Shown: positions 7,910-18,784 of the stretch, piece after piece
Layout: the number at the start of each line of letters is the position of its first letter
Numbering within the stretch: the first letter of the stretch is position 1
Assembly: GCA_050123235.1 (NCBI GenBank)
Contig: JASFHL010000009.1
Location: 1 to 52,479 of the forward strand
Direction of reading: 5' to 3'
Length of the DNA stretch: 52,479 nucleotides
From: Candidatus Woesebacteria bacterium
GTDB taxonomy: Bacteria > Patescibacteriota > Microgenomatia > UBA1400 > PJMF01
Translations under genes and position numbers: made by a program
The notes under the pieces: generated by a model
What the model saw: the letters and a program-made list of their open reading frames with translations, nothing else
What the model was told of the DNA's origin: nothing
The model's database searches: none

Positions 7910-8941
7910 TTATCTTCTAAATTTAGCTTTGAGCCGTAGATATTTCCATCTTAGATCATCTGTAATTCTAAATATTTTATAAAATGGATAATTATGAATT
8001 AAATCATAGGTCCCTAAAAACTCCATCAGTTGTCCTCCATAACCTTTTTTGAAACGATGAAAACCATACCAAGGATGTTTTTTATCAGGATTGGGACCCA
8101 AAGAACCCCACATATCAAATTTATAGCAGTTTTGTTGTTGGCCAAATTTTATCATTTCCCACATCATTAAGTTACTAGCCATTACCTCTCGATGAATAGA
8201 GCGTGAAGCTCCATAAGGATAATACAGAATATTATTAAAGATGAACATAATCCACGAAACCAGAATTTGCTCTTGATAGACTGCATTAAAAATTCTCATT
8301 ATGCCGTTATTTCCCAACGTATCCCACATTTTATAAAAGTAATCAGGTTGGTGAGCATAAAATTCTTGTCTGTGAGTTGTTTCTCCAAGAATCTCTAGAT
8401 ATTGCTCTAGGCCTTCCAAACTGGTATTTTCATAAATCTTGACTCCTTTTTTGTGAGCCAAGCGAGTATTGTAGCGAGTTTTACTACTCAAATCAGCAAA
8501 AATATCCTCTTCTGGCTGGGTGAGATCAATTTGAAAAGTGTGTTTAGTAAACAAAGGTCTGCCTGCTTCAGAATTATGATTTTCAAGGAATTTTTTAATT
8601 TTGCTATGAGCAGAATTCTGACCTACTCTTTGACAGACATTAGGCTCCATTTTAATAAAAACAGCATCATTTTCTTTTGCCAATTGTTTCAAAGCTGAAA
8701 TTTGACTCTCGTTGGGCATATTTCCTTTGGGAAAGTAGCCAACATTTTTATTGAAAAAAGGAAGAGAATGAAAACTGACCTGAATTGAGTCTTGAATTTG
8801 ACCGTTTATAAAAAATCCTATTCTTTGTACATTAAGGCCTGTATTTTTTCTAAATTCACCCCATTGCCATGATTGCAAAGGATGAGTAACGACGCTATTA
8901 TGAAGGTCTTTCTCCTCTTCTCGAAGTGGCCGGATAAGCAT
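7910..8941 (-). CDS. FemAB/FemX-family peptidoglycan bridge peptidyltransferase
   Basis: LQSWQWGEFR, KTRYNTRLA, YYPYGAS, FDMWG, RFKKGYGG. Confidence 0.88.
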   Translation of the reverse strand: MLIRPLREEEKDLHNSVVTHPLQSWQWGEFRKNTGLNVQRIGFFINGQIQDSIQVSFHSLPFFNKNVGYFPKGNMPNESQISALKQLAKENDAVFIKMEPNVCQRVGQNSAHSKIKKFLENHNSEAGRPLFTKHTFQIDLTQPEEDIFADLSSKTRYNTRLAHKKGVKIYENTSLEGLEQYLEILGETTHRQEFYAHQPDYFYKMWDTLGNNGIMRIFNAVYQEQILVSWIMFIFNNILYYPYGASRSIHREVMASNLMMWEMIKFGQQQNCYKFDMWGSLGPNPDKKHPWYGFHRFKKGYGGQLMEFLGTYDLIHNYPFYKIFRITDDLRWKYLRLKAKFRR

Positions 8942-8975
8942 ATAGCTATTATTATATTTATAAAGAATTGACTTG

Positions 8976-10991
8976 TCAGCTGTCTAAAAATTTTTTAATG
9001 TCTATTTCATCCTTGATGACTGCATCAATTAGATCTTCGTCAATGACGATCCTTCTTTTTTTTGATTTATTTTTAGCTTGTGAGTATTTATTCTTAAAAG
9101 AGAAATGATTCTTCTGGTAGTAAAAATTATTCCAGTTGTTTTTAGATTGATCTTGAAGATCATGATGATAAAGATAATTTCGACTTTGACGATGAGTTAA
9201 AAGTTCTTCAGGAATATCATTTAAAAATCTGCTAGCACTAGAATAGTTTTGTTGGCCATTAAGGAATCTTTTTTGAGCCCAAGATAAAAATAATCTTTCT
9301 TTAGCTCTAGTGACGCCAACATAACAAAGTCTTCTTTCTTCTTCTAATTTTTCACTATCTAGCAAAGAACGAGCATGAGGTAGCAAACCTTCTTCCATGC
9401 CTGCTATAAAAATAACAGGAAATTCTAATCCTTTGGCTGAATGCAGACTCATCAACGTGATACTATTTCTAATTTGGGACAAATCTAGATCATGGAATTG
9501 ATTGTCTTGGATCAAAGCAACATTTTCTAAAAATTGGACGCTATTATCAAATTGACTAGCCACATTAAGTAATTCCTGAATATTATCAAGTCTGTTAGCA
9601 TCATCAGGATCTTTGATATCATATTTTTCTAAGTACTTAGTTTTTTTGATGATTTTATTTAGTAGTTCATAAGGATTAATAGTGAGTGTTTTATTTTCTT
9701 CTTGATTGAGTTCATTGATAAGTTTTTGGAAAGCTTGGTATCGTCTTTTACCTATTTTAATTACCCTATCTAAACTCACTTGGTCTAAGGGGTTAATAAG
9801 TAGTTTTAAATATGCTAGTAAGTCTTTGATTTCTTTTCTTTCATAGAATTTAAGCCCGCCGATGATTTGATAAGGGATGCCAGCTTGAATGAAAGCCTCT
9901 TCAAAAGCTCTAGATTGTGCATTAGTGCGATAAAGAATAGCAATATCTTTATGTTGATACCCACTTAGTTTGTTGTTTATAGTTTGAGCAATTTCTTTGG
10001 CTTCTTCTTCTGCATTATGACTAGCAATGACTGTAATTTTATTGCTTGGCTTATGTTCATTTTTATTTTTTGTCCATAGTTTCAAGATTGGATGGGATTT
10101 ATTTTGAGCAATGATCTGGCTGGCTGCATCCAAAATTATCTGAGTTGAGCGATAATTTTGTTCTAATTTATATTTAGTAATTCCGCTGAAATCTTGATTA
10201 AGAAAAAAAAGATTTCTATAATCAGCACCCCGCCAGGCATAGATACTCTGAGAAAAATCACCTACTACGTAAAGATTGTTTTGAGGATGTGCAAAATATT
10301 TAGTGAGTTGATATTGAGCTTTATTGGTATCTTGATATTCATCTACTAAAACGTGACTAAATTGTTGTTGATATTTATTTAGGATAGTTTGATTATTTTG
10401 TAATAAGTTTACGGTTAATAATAACAAATCATCAAAATCAACAGCATTTTGTTTGAGTAGTTCGGCTTGGTAGAGATGATATGCCTTACTGACAAATTCT
10501 TGAAAACTATTGTTAGTAATTTCTTGATACTGCTGCGGACTAAGCATTTCATTTTTAGCTTGAGAAATAATAGCTTTAATTTTTTTAATTTGATAGCGAT
10601 TTTTATCAAAATTATGCTTTTTATAAATTTGCTTTAGTAAGCTGAGTTGATCATTGCTATCAAAAATAACAAAGTTATTTTCCAATCCAATTATTTCTCC
10701 ATTTTGCCTCAATATTTTGCAGCACAGACTATGAAAGGTACCAGAGTATGGAGGTTTGAAAGCTGTGAGTCTAAGAATGCGATTATTCATTTCGTTGGCT
10801 GCTTTATTGGTGAAAGTAACTAGCAAAATTTCTTCTGGTTTAATTTTTTTTTCTTTAATGAGCCAAGCAAGCCTGGTGGTTAAAACTCTAGTTTTACCAC
10901 TACCAGCTCCAGCTAAAACAACAGCTGGTCCTTGCTGATGGATAACAGCTTTCTTTTGTTGAGGATTGAGTTGCTCGATTACGCTTTGCAC
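8976..10991 (-). CDS. pcrA: UvrD/PcrA DNA helicase
   Basis: AGAGSGKT, VDEYQDTN, QSIYAWRGA, HSAKGLEF, EERRLCYV. Confidence 0.95.
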   Translation of the reverse strand: MQSVIEQLNPQQKKAVIHQQGPAVVLAGAGSGKTRVLTTRLAWLIKEKKIKPEEILLVTFTNKAANEMNNRILRLTAFKPPYSGTFHSLCCKILRQNGEIIGLENNFVIFDSNDQLSLLKQIYKKHNFDKNRYQIKKIKAIISQAKNEMLSPQQYQEITNNSFQEFVSKAYHLYQAELLKQNAVDFDDLLLLTVNLLQNNQTILNKYQQQFSHVLVDEYQDTNKAQYQLTKYFAHPQNNLYVVGDFSQSIYAWRGADYRNLFFLNQDFSGITKYKLEQNYRSTQIILDAASQIIAQNKSHPILKLWTKNKNEHKPSNKITVIASHNAEEEAKEIAQTINNKLSGYQHKDIAILYRTNAQSRAFEEAFIQAGIPYQIIGGLKFYERKEIKDLLAYLKLLINPLDQVSLDRVIKIGKRRYQAFQKLINELNQEENKTLTINPYELLNKIIKKTKYLEKYDIKDPDDANRLDNIQELLNVASQFDNSVQFLENVALIQDNQFHDLDLSQIRNSITLMSLHSAKGLEFPVIFIAGMEEGLLPHARSLLDSEKLEEERRLCYVGVTRAKERLFLSWAQKRFLNGQQNYSSASRFLNDIPEELLTHRQSRNYLYHHDLQDQSKNNWNNFYYQKNHFSFKNKYSQAKNKSKKRRIVIDEDLIDAVIKDEIDIKKFLDS

Positions 10992-11056
10992 ATTGCTTAT
11001 ACTAGCATGTCTTTATCATCTTTATGCATGCTCTTTTTTGAGGTTATAATAAGGTT

Positions 11057-11773
11057 ATGAAAAAATTTCTTGTTGCTAATTGGAAATCAAATAAGAACTA
11101 TCAGGGAGTAGAACAATGGTTGACTGATTTTATTGCTTTTTTTAATAAGGCTGATCAGACAGCAGAATATCAAAAAAAGTTAGCTAAAACGGAATTTATT
11201 TTAGCTGTACCATATCCTTTTTTAATTTTAGTTAAAGAAGCCATTAAAGCATCAAATTTAGCTTTCAAATTGTCATTGCAAGATATCAGTCCTTTTCCAG
11301 CTGGTTCTTATACTGGAGCAGTATCTGTAGCAAATCTAGAAGGTTTAAATATTAGTTATACAATTGTTGGTCATAGTGAAAGAAGAAAATACTTTAAGGA
11401 AAGTCACCAAGATGTTGCTAAAAAGATCGAATTGGCTTTAGAAAATAAGATAACACCTATTCTTTGTTTAGATGAGGCTTATATTGAAGAGCAAGCTAGT
11501 GCTTTAAAAGAGAAATTGTGGAAAAACTGCCTTTTTGCTTATGAACCTTTATCAGCAATCGGTTCAGGTAATAATGCTGATCTTGCTAAAGTGGAGGAAG
11601 TTAGTTCTCAAATTAAAAAGGTATATGGTGATGTTAAGGTCATTTATGGTGGTAGTGTTGATCAATTTAATGTTGCTGAATATTTATTAATCACAGACGG
11701 GGTTTTGGTAGGTGGGGCTTCTTTAGAAGCCAAAAGTTTTTTTGAGATTTTTAATAAAGGGATTCAAGCTTGA
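11057..11773 (+). CDS. tpiA: Triosephosphate isomerase
   Basis: ANWK, GHSERR, AYEP, YGGSV, LVGGASL. Confidence 0.95.
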   Translation: MKKFLVANWKSNKNYQGVEQWLTDFIAFFNKADQTAEYQKKLAKTEFILAVPYPFLILVKEAIKASNLAFKLSLQDISPFPAGSYTGAVSVANLEGLNISYTIVGHSERRKYFKESHQDVAKKIELALENKITPILCLDEAYIEEQASALKEKLWKNCLFAYEPLSAIGSGNNADLAKVEEVSSQIKKVYGDVKVIYGGSVDQFNVAEYLLITDGVLVGGASLEAKSFFEIFNKGIQA

Positions 11774-13029
11774 TGAAATCCATACTTTTTATTTTTAAAG
11801 AGAATTTTTTTTTATTTTTAATTCTTGCTTTTTCATTTTTTTTTCGATTTTGGCGACTTAATTCCCCTCCGAGCTATGTTTTTGATGAAATTTATCATGT
11901 CCCAGCAGCTAAATTGAGTTTAAGTAATGATTTTCGCTTTTATGAATGGTGGCATGGTCCAATAGAAAAAAATTATTATTTTGATTGGTTGCATCCAGCT
12001 TTATCTAAATATTTATTGGCTATATCAATGAATTTTTTAGGGATTAATGCCTTTGCTTGGCGTTTTCCTAGTGCTATTTGTGGAGTTTTACTTATTTTGG
12101 CCACCTATTTTTTAGGTCAAATGATTTTTGCTAGAAAATCAATTTCTTTATTAGCCAGTTTTTTGCTCAGTTTAGATGGACTTAGTTTTGTGCAATCTAG
12201 AATAGCCATGAATGATATTTTTTTAAGTTTTTCTTTAGTCTTAGCTTTAATTGTTTATTTTAAATCTTTAAAAGTTGATAGGAAAAAATCTTATTTTTTA
12301 TTATTAATTCTTGGACTAATTCTCGGTCTAGCTTTATCAATTAAATGGTCAGCAATTTTTATTCTATCTTTACTTTTATTAATTGAATCATGGAAGATTT
12401 TAAAACAGAACCGATGGAAAAAATTACCATGGTTACTTTTTACTTTAATTCTATTTCCTGCAACAATTTATTTACTATCTTTTACTCAAGTTTTTATGCA
12501 AGGGAAGAATTTAAATTTTATTTTTGAGTTACATAAACAGATTCTTTGGTATCAGCAAAATAGAGATGCTAATCATCCAGCTGCTTCTGGACCTTTTGAT
12601 TGGATAATAGGGCAAAAAAGGATTGAATATTGGGGAAATTTTTCAATAAGCTCAAATTATCAGAGTGTTGCTTTGTCTGCTAATTTTGCATTGACCCTCT
12701 TAAGCCTATTTTCTTTGTTTTTTATAATTGTTTATTTATTTCGTAATGCTAAATCTATTCAAGTTGCTAAAAACAAGCTTAATAGCAATTTATTCATTTT
12801 ATTATTGGCTTATTTCTTTAGTTTTTTACCATGGTTTCTCTCACCAAGGATTATGTTTTTATACCACTACACTCCAGCTATGCCATTATTAGTAATAATA
12901 GTTGCTTTTTCTCTAAATTATTTTTGGCAAAAACAGGTTTTGAGACCTTTGATATTTTTATCTGTTTTATTTGTTTTCTACTTCTTTTTCTTGATGTATC
13001 CTCAATGGGTGGCTTTTCCTATTTCTTAA
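11773..13029 (+). CDS. PMT-family (GT39) lipid-carrier protein O-mannosyltransferase
   Basis: VFDEIYH, HPALSK, WRFPSA, QSRIAMND, MFLYHYTPA; multi-TM. Coupled to tpiA by TGATG. Confidence 0.85.
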   Translation: MKSILFIFKENFFLFLILAFSFFFRFWRLNSPPSYVFDEIYHVPAAKLSLSNDFRFYEWWHGPIEKNYYFDWLHPALSKYLLAISMNFLGINAFAWRFPSAICGVLLILATYFLGQMIFARKSISLLASFLLSLDGLSFVQSRIAMNDIFLSFSLVLALIVYFKSLKVDRKKSYFLLLILGLILGLALSIKWSAIFILSLLLLIESWKILKQNRWKKLPWLLFTLILFPATIYLLSFTQVFMQGKNLNFIFELHKQILWYQQNRDANHPAASGPFDWIIGQKRIEYWGNFSISSNYQSVALSANFALTLLSLFSLFFIIVYLFRNAKSIQVAKNKLNSNLFILLLAYFFSFLPWFLSPRIMFLYHYTPAMPLLVIIVAFSLNYFWQKQVLRPLIFLSVLFVFYFFFLMYPQWVAFPIS

Positions 13030-13065
13030 ACAGTATAATCAAAGGTATACTTGTTAGCTACAATT

Positions 13066-14376
13066 ATGTCTAAAACTAAAATTGCTATCATTGGTGCTGG
13101 TTTTGCTGGTTTAGCAGCTGCTTGGGAATTAAGTAAATATGACTTTGAGGTAACTGTTTTGGAAAGCCAGACTAAGCCTGGAGGGCTAGCTGGTGGTTTT
13201 AAAGAGAAAGCTTGGCAGTGGAGTTTAGAAAAACACTATCATCATGTTTTTACTACTGATAAAGATATTCAAGAGATTTTACAAGAGATGGGTTTAGCAG
13301 ATTTGCTTTTTTTTAAAAATACTCGAACAGCCACTCTTTATCAAGGTAATTCATATCAATTAGATTCAGCAATGTCTTTGTTGGCTTTTCCTAAAATTTC
13401 TTTTTTTTCTCGTTTTAGAATGGGTTTGGTTTTAGCAGCTTTGAAATTTAACCCTTATGGAAAATTTTTGGAAAGATATACTGCTAGTCATTTTATTAAA
13501 AAGACAATGGGTAATGAAGCTTGGGAGGTAGTTTGGGGTCCTTTATTCGTCGCTAAATTCGGCCAATATAAGGATAAAGTTAATGCAGCTTGGTTTTGGG
13601 CTAGACTGTTTGCTAGATCAAAGCAATTGGGTTATTTCAGAGGTGGATTTTTGAATTTAGCTGAAAGAATGGTTGATAAGTTAAAACAAAAAAAAGTTGT
13701 TTTTAAATTTGATAAGAAAGTAGAAAAAATTGATAGTAGAAACGGAAAAGTTATACTATCAGTTAAGTCAAAACAAGGTCATTTAAAAAAATTAAAGTTT
13801 GATAAATTACTTGTTACTGTTGATTCATCATTGCTTCCGAGATTATTAAAGCAGTTAGCACAGAAAAATAAGAATGATTTATCCTCTCTTCCATATTTAG
13901 GAGTTCAAACTTTGGTGATTCAATTAAATAAAGCATTTTTTAAAGATAAAACCTATTGGTTAAATATTAATGAAAAAAATTGGCCTTTCATGGCTGTAGT
14001 TGAGCATACTAATTTAATTAAAAAAAAGTTTTATGCAAATTCTACTCTTTTGTATATTGGTAAATATCTTGATATTAATGATCGAGATTTTAAATTAAAT
14101 AAAAAAGAATTGTTTAATAAATATAAATCATATTTAAATAAACTTTCACCTGATTTTCAAAAAAATTTAAAAGATCTTTGGCTTTTTAAAGAGAATTTTG
14201 CACAGCCAGTTGTTGGGATAAATCATAGTCGCCTTGTACCAAGTTTCAAACTAGCTATAGAAAACTGTTACTGGGTTAGTATGCAGCATATTTATCCTTG
14301 GGATAGAGGTGTTAACTATGCTATCAAGCTTGCTAGAAAAGCAGCTCAATTTATCGTAGCAGATTTAGAAAGATGA
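13066..14376 (+). CDS. FAD-dependent oxidoreductase (amine oxidase/HemY-like)
   Basis: IIGAGFAGLAAA Rossmann motif, GGLAG, YHHVF, YPWDRGVNYA. Confidence 0.8.
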   Translation: MSKTKIAIIGAGFAGLAAAWELSKYDFEVTVLESQTKPGGLAGGFKEKAWQWSLEKHYHHVFTTDKDIQEILQEMGLADLLFFKNTRTATLYQGNSYQLDSAMSLLAFPKISFFSRFRMGLVLAALKFNPYGKFLERYTASHFIKKTMGNEAWEVVWGPLFVAKFGQYKDKVNAAWFWARLFARSKQLGYFRGGFLNLAERMVDKLKQKKVVFKFDKKVEKIDSRNGKVILSVKSKQGHLKKLKFDKLLVTVDSSLLPRLLKQLAQKNKNDLSSLPYLGVQTLVIQLNKAFFKDKTYWLNINEKNWPFMAVVEHTNLIKKKFYANSTLLYIGKYLDINDRDFKLNKKELFNKYKSYLNKLSPDFQKNLKDLWLFKENFAQPVVGINHSRLVPSFKLAIENCYWVSMQHIYPWDRGVNYAIKLARKAAQFIVADLER

Positions 14377-16038
14377 ATGAAAAATTTTAAACAAACTAAT
14401 ACTATTGATAAATTAAGAAATTTTTTTTTGGCTAATTATTTTGAATTATTGTTGTTACTGTTGATAACGGTTTTTAGTTATTATTTAATGAGTCATACTT
14501 TTAAGTATAAAAACAATCAGTTTGTACTTGCTGCCAAGGTTTGGAGTGACTTTGCTGCACATATTCCTTTAATTAGATCTTTTTCCTTGGGTAATAATTT
14601 ACCACCTGAGTATCCAACCTTTCCAGGAGAAGCAATTCGCTATCACTTTTTATTTTATTATTTAGTAGCTTTATTAGAAAAATTAGGTCTTAATATTGCC
14701 CTTGCCCTTAATCTTTTAAGTGCTTTGGGTATGACTTTCTTGTTGTGGATGATTTATAAAACTACAGTTTTATTTTTTAAAACAAAAAAGGCAGGTCTTT
14801 TGTCAATTATTTTGTTTATTTTCAATGGCTCTTTATCTTTTTTATTTTTTATAAAAAATAAAAAAATGAATCTTAGTTTAATTAAACAAATTATTAATCT
14901 GGAAAATTTTATTAGTTTTGGTCCTTGGGATGATAAAATTATCGCAGCTTTTTGGAATCTTAATATATATACTAATCAGAGACACTTAGCATTGAGTTTT
15001 GCTTTAGCATTAATTCTCATTTGGCCTTTATTAAAAATAGTTTTTGAGAAAAAAAACATTTTAAATAAATGGTGGCTTTTATTTATTTGGATTAGTTTAA
15101 GTTTTTTTCCATTATTGCATCAAGCTGTTTATTCAATGCTAGTTATTTTTATTTTTGCTTGGTTTTTATTTCATCCAAAATTAGTTAAAACAATGGGGGT
15201 AGCTTATGGCGCAGCTATTGTTTACTCTTTACCTGCTTTTTTTGCTTTCCCTAATGCTTCTCAGATTTCTTTTCATCTTGGTTTTTTGTCAGTTAAGAAA
15301 GATTTAATTTCTATCTTAAATTATTGGTGGTATAACATTGGTTTATATTTGCTTTTGATACCTATTATTTTGATTTGGGCCAAAAAAGAACTTAGAAAAT
15401 TTTTACTGATTTTTTTATTTTTCTTTTTTTTGGCAAATAGTCTTAAGTTTTCACCAGATATTATTAATAACCATAAATTAGTCAATTTTTTTATGATTGC
15501 TTTGGAGATGGCGGTGGCAGGTTTTTTAGTTGAAACATTAAATAAAGGATTGCTAAAAAAAGCGATAGTTGTTTTTATAATCCCATGCTTGATTTTTTCT
15601 GGGGTTCTTGATTTTTTTCCAATACTGAATGATCGATATTTTTATGTTAATGATTATATGAAATCAAAATTATCATCTTGGATTAAGGATCACACAGAAA
15701 AAGATACTGTGTTTTTGACTACACATTACCTTTATCATCAAGCTTCTCTGGTAGGAAGAAAAATTTTTTTGGATTATGGTTACTTTAATTGGTCATTGGC
15801 TTATCAAGACAGTGAGAGAAGAGAGCTTTTGTCGGTATTTTTTGCTGCTAATATCAATAAAAGAAATCTTTGTTCTGCCTTGAATTCTTCAGCAATTGAT
15901 TATATAGTAATTTCCCCTGGAGAAGGAGATTTAGCTAATCTAAATATTAGAAAGAGTTTTTTGTATAGGAATTTTGAGTCAATCTCCTACTCTGATAATG
16001 GCTATATAATATATGATGTTAAAAAGGAGTGCTTATGA
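14377..16038 (+). CDS. GT-C-like multi-pass membrane protein
   Basis: VWSDFAAH, YHFLFY, many TM segments and a soluble C-terminal domain; glycosylation-cluster context. Confidence 0.6.
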   Translation: MKNFKQTNTIDKLRNFFLANYFELLLLLLITVFSYYLMSHTFKYKNNQFVLAAKVWSDFAAHIPLIRSFSLGNNLPPEYPTFPGEAIRYHFLFYYLVALLEKLGLNIALALNLLSALGMTFLLWMIYKTTVLFFKTKKAGLLSIILFIFNGSLSFLFFIKNKKMNLSLIKQIINLENFISFGPWDDKIIAAFWNLNIYTNQRHLALSFALALILIWPLLKIVFEKKNILNKWWLLFIWISLSFFPLLHQAVYSMLVIFIFAWFLFHPKLVKTMGVAYGAAIVYSLPAFFAFPNASQISFHLGFLSVKKDLISILNYWWYNIGLYLLLIPIILIWAKKELRKFLLIFLFFFFLANSLKFSPDIINNHKLVNFFMIALEMAVAGFLVETLNKGLLKKAIVVFIIPCLIFSGVLDFFPILNDRYFYVNDYMKSKLSSWIKDHTEKDTVFLTTHYLYHQASLVGRKIFLDYGYFNWSLAYQDSERRELLSVFFAANINKRNLCSALNSSAIDYIVISPGEGDLANLNIRKSFLYRNFESISYSDNGYIIYDVKKECL

Positions 16039-16625
16039 AAAAGAAAAAGGTGCTTAAAGTTGGTTTTGATTTAGATGGAGTATTGCTCTATAACCCAGCT
16101 AGGATTATTAGGCCTATTATTTCTCTGTTAAAGAAAAGAAAAGTTGTTAAAAGAAAAGGCCTTCAGTTCTATGTACCTAAGAATAAATTTGAGGAATTCA
16201 TCTGGTATTTATTCCATAAGTCAAGCATTTTTCTTGCTCCTGGATTTAAATCCATTAAAAAATTGTCAGAAAAAGGACTAATTGAACCCTATATTATTAC
16301 TGCTCGCTTCAAGCATTTGAAAGAAGACTTTATTAAATGGCAGAAGAAAATGGGAGCAGAAAAGATTTTTAAAAATGCTTTTATAAATGAGGCAGATGAA
16401 CAACCCCATCTTTTTAAAGAGAAAATGATAAAGGAATTAGATTTAGATATCTTTGTTGAGGATAATTGGGATATTGTTAATTATTTAAACAGAAAATTTC
16501 GTAAATCTAAAGCAAAAACTAAGATTTTTTGGATTAATAATTTGTTTGATAGGAAAATTGAACATCAGCATAAGTTTCCTAGTTTATCTCAAGTAGTCAA
16601 GAAAATAAAAAAAATAGTTAGTTAA
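16035..16625 (+). CDS. HAD-superfamily phosphatase (nucleotidase-like)
   Basis: GFDLDGVL motif I, ITAR, FVEDN. Confidence 0.7.
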   Translation: MKKKKVLKVGFDLDGVLLYNPARIIRPIISLLKKRKVVKRKGLQFYVPKNKFEEFIWYLFHKSSIFLAPGFKSIKKLSEKGLIEPYIITARFKHLKEDFIKWQKKMGAEKIFKNAFINEADEQPHLFKEKMIKELDLDIFVEDNWDIVNYLNRKFRKSKAKTKIFWINNLFDRKIEHQHKFPSLSQVVKKIKKIVS

Positions 16626-16626
16626 T

Positions 16627-17643
16627 ATGAAAATATTAATCACAGGTGGAGTTGGCTTCATAGGTACTAATGCTAGTATTTATTTTGCTAGCAAGAAACA
16701 TGATCTACTGCTAGTAGATGATTTTTCTAGGCCTGGAGTCAGAAAAAATGCCTTTTATCTTCAATCAAAATATCCAGCAATCAAAATTATTAAATCCAAT
16801 GTTAAAGAAATTAAAAATTATGATCATTTTTTAAAAAAAGCAGATGCTATTATTCATTTAGCTGGACAAACAGCTGTTACTCGTTCTATTGAAGATCCAA
16901 AATTCGATTTCGAAAACAATTTAGCCGCAAGTTTTTATTTACTAGAGTTTATTCGACAGCATAATCCTCAAGCAATTGTTTTATATTCTTCTACAAATAA
17001 AGTTTATGGAGATTTGGCCCATCATCGTTTGCGTTTGGAAAGGAAAAAAAAGCAGTATCACAACTTGACTGCGCCTAATGGTATTAAGGAGAATGAATCT
17101 CTTAATTTTATTTCTCCTTATGGTTGTTCCAAAGGGGCTGTAGATCAGTATTTTCATGATTATGCCAGAATTTATGCTTTAAATACGGTGGTTTTAAGAC
17201 AATCCTGTATTTATGGAAAATTTCAAATGGGAGTTGAAGATCAGGGTTGGGTAGCTCATTTTGCTAAACAGATCCTAACTGATCAAAAAATTACAATTTT
17301 TGGAGATGGCTATCAGCTTAGAGATTTATTATTTGTTGATGATCTGATCGAAGCCTATGATAAGCTATTAAATAAAATCACTACTGTAAGAGGTGAAGTA
17401 TTTAATATTGGCGGTGGTATAAAAAACGCTTATTCTTTAATTAATGTGATTGCTTTGTTAGAAAAAGTTCTGAATAAACAAGCCAAGCTTAAGTTTGAAA
17501 AGGCTCGTTCAGGTGATCAGAAATACTTTGTATCAGATAATGCTAAAATTAATCAGGCAATAACTTGGAAAGCAAAAACTACTTTGAGGCAAGGATTAAA
17601 ATTATTGATTGATTGGCAAAAGCAGTTTTTGTTAAAGAATTAA
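16627..17643 (+). CDS. NAD-dependent epimerase, CDP-paratose 2-epimerase-like
   Basis: ITGGVGFIG, HLAGQTAV, SSTNKVYG, SPYGCSK, RQSCIYG, EDQGWVAHF. Confidence 0.85.
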   Translation: MKILITGGVGFIGTNASIYFASKKHDLLLVDDFSRPGVRKNAFYLQSKYPAIKIIKSNVKEIKNYDHFLKKADAIIHLAGQTAVTRSIEDPKFDFENNLAASFYLLEFIRQHNPQAIVLYSSTNKVYGDLAHHRLRLERKKKQYHNLTAPNGIKENESLNFISPYGCSKGAVDQYFHDYARIYALNTVVLRQSCIYGKFQMGVEDQGWVAHFAKQILTDQKITIFGDGYQLRDLLFVDDLIEAYDKLLNKITTVRGEVFNIGGGIKNAYSLINVIALLEKVLNKQAKLKFEKARSGDQKYFVSDNAKINQAITWKAKTTLRQGLKLLIDWQKQFLLKN

Positions 17644-17644
17644 T

Positions 17645-18784
17645 ATGAATATTTTATTTTTCTCTTCTTATTTTCATCCCTATATTTCTGGAATTACCAC
17701 TTATCCTTTGAAATTGTTTTCTCATTTAGTAAATAAATATCAAATTACTGTTTTAACTTTCAAACATGATCAAAACTTAGAAAGTAAAGAAAAAATAAAA
17801 GATTTAAAAATTATAAGAATGCCTTTTCTATTTAAGCTTTCAAAAGGTTTTATTTCTTTGCGTTCTGTATTATATTTTTCTCAGTATGCGAGAAAAAATG
17901 ATTTAATCATTTTGAACATTCCTAATGCTGAAGGATTTTTGTTAGTCTTGATTGCTAAATTATTTAAGAAAAAAGTATTACTAATTTATCATTGTCAAGT
18001 TTTTTTAGATGGTTCTTTATTTAATCAAATTATTAATAAGATTTTAAATTTGTCTGTTAGCTGTCAATTGAAGATGAGTGATCAAATTATTTTTTACACA
18101 AAGGATTACTTTAATAGTTTAAAGAGTCTTAAAAAATATAGATATAAAACAAAGTTTGTTTTTCCTCCAGTATCAAAATTAGCAGTAGATAAAAACTATT
18201 TATCTGATTTAATTGCTAAAAAGAATAAAAAAACTTGGATAGGTTTTGCAGGAAGAGTTGCTAGAGAAAAAGGGATTGAATATCTAATTAAAGCCTTATC
18301 ACGCTTGGATAAAAAGAATTTTGCTTTGATTTTTGCTGGGCCTTTTGCTAAACAAGTAGTTGGCGAAGAAGCTTATTATCAGTCAATTGTCAGACAATTA
18401 GAGAGAAGTAAAATAGAATATTATTTTTTAGGACTTTTAAAAGGAAAAAAATTAGGAGCTTTTTATAAAGCAATTGATGTTTTAGTTTTACCTTCGATTA
18501 ATCAAACTGAAGCTTTTGGTATGGTCCAAGTAGAGAGCGTATTTTCCGGCACTCCAGTTATTGCAAGTAATTTAGCAGGTGTAAGACAAGTTATTAAAAG
18601 AACAAAAATGGGCTTATTAGTAAGCAAAGCTAATGAAGAAGAACTTGCAAAGGCAGTTCAAAGAGTTTTGAAAAATAAAGAACGCTATGCTAACAACCGC
18701 TTAATTAGAAATGCGGAAAAGATTTTTGATGAAAATAAAAACTATCGATTTTATGAAAACTTGATTGAAAAAATGATGAAATGA
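17645..18784 (+). CDS. GT4 glycosyltransferase
   Basis: FAGRVAREKG, LVLPS..TEAFGMVQVES, PVIAS. Confidence 0.9.
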   Translation: MNILFFSSYFHPYISGITTYPLKLFSHLVNKYQITVLTFKHDQNLESKEKIKDLKIIRMPFLFKLSKGFISLRSVLYFSQYARKNDLIILNIPNAEGFLLVLIAKLFKKKVLLIYHCQVFLDGSLFNQIINKILNLSVSCQLKMSDQIIFYTKDYFNSLKSLKKYRYKTKFVFPPVSKLAVDKNYLSDLIAKKNKKTWIGFAGRVAREKGIEYLIKALSRLDKKNFALIFAGPFAKQVVGEEAYYQSIVRQLERSKIEYYFLGLLKGKKLGAFYKAIDVLVLPSINQTEAFGMVQVESVFSGTPVIASNLAGVRQVIKRTKMGLLVSKANEEELAKAVQRVLKNKERYANNRLIRNAEKIFDENKNYRFYENLIEKMMK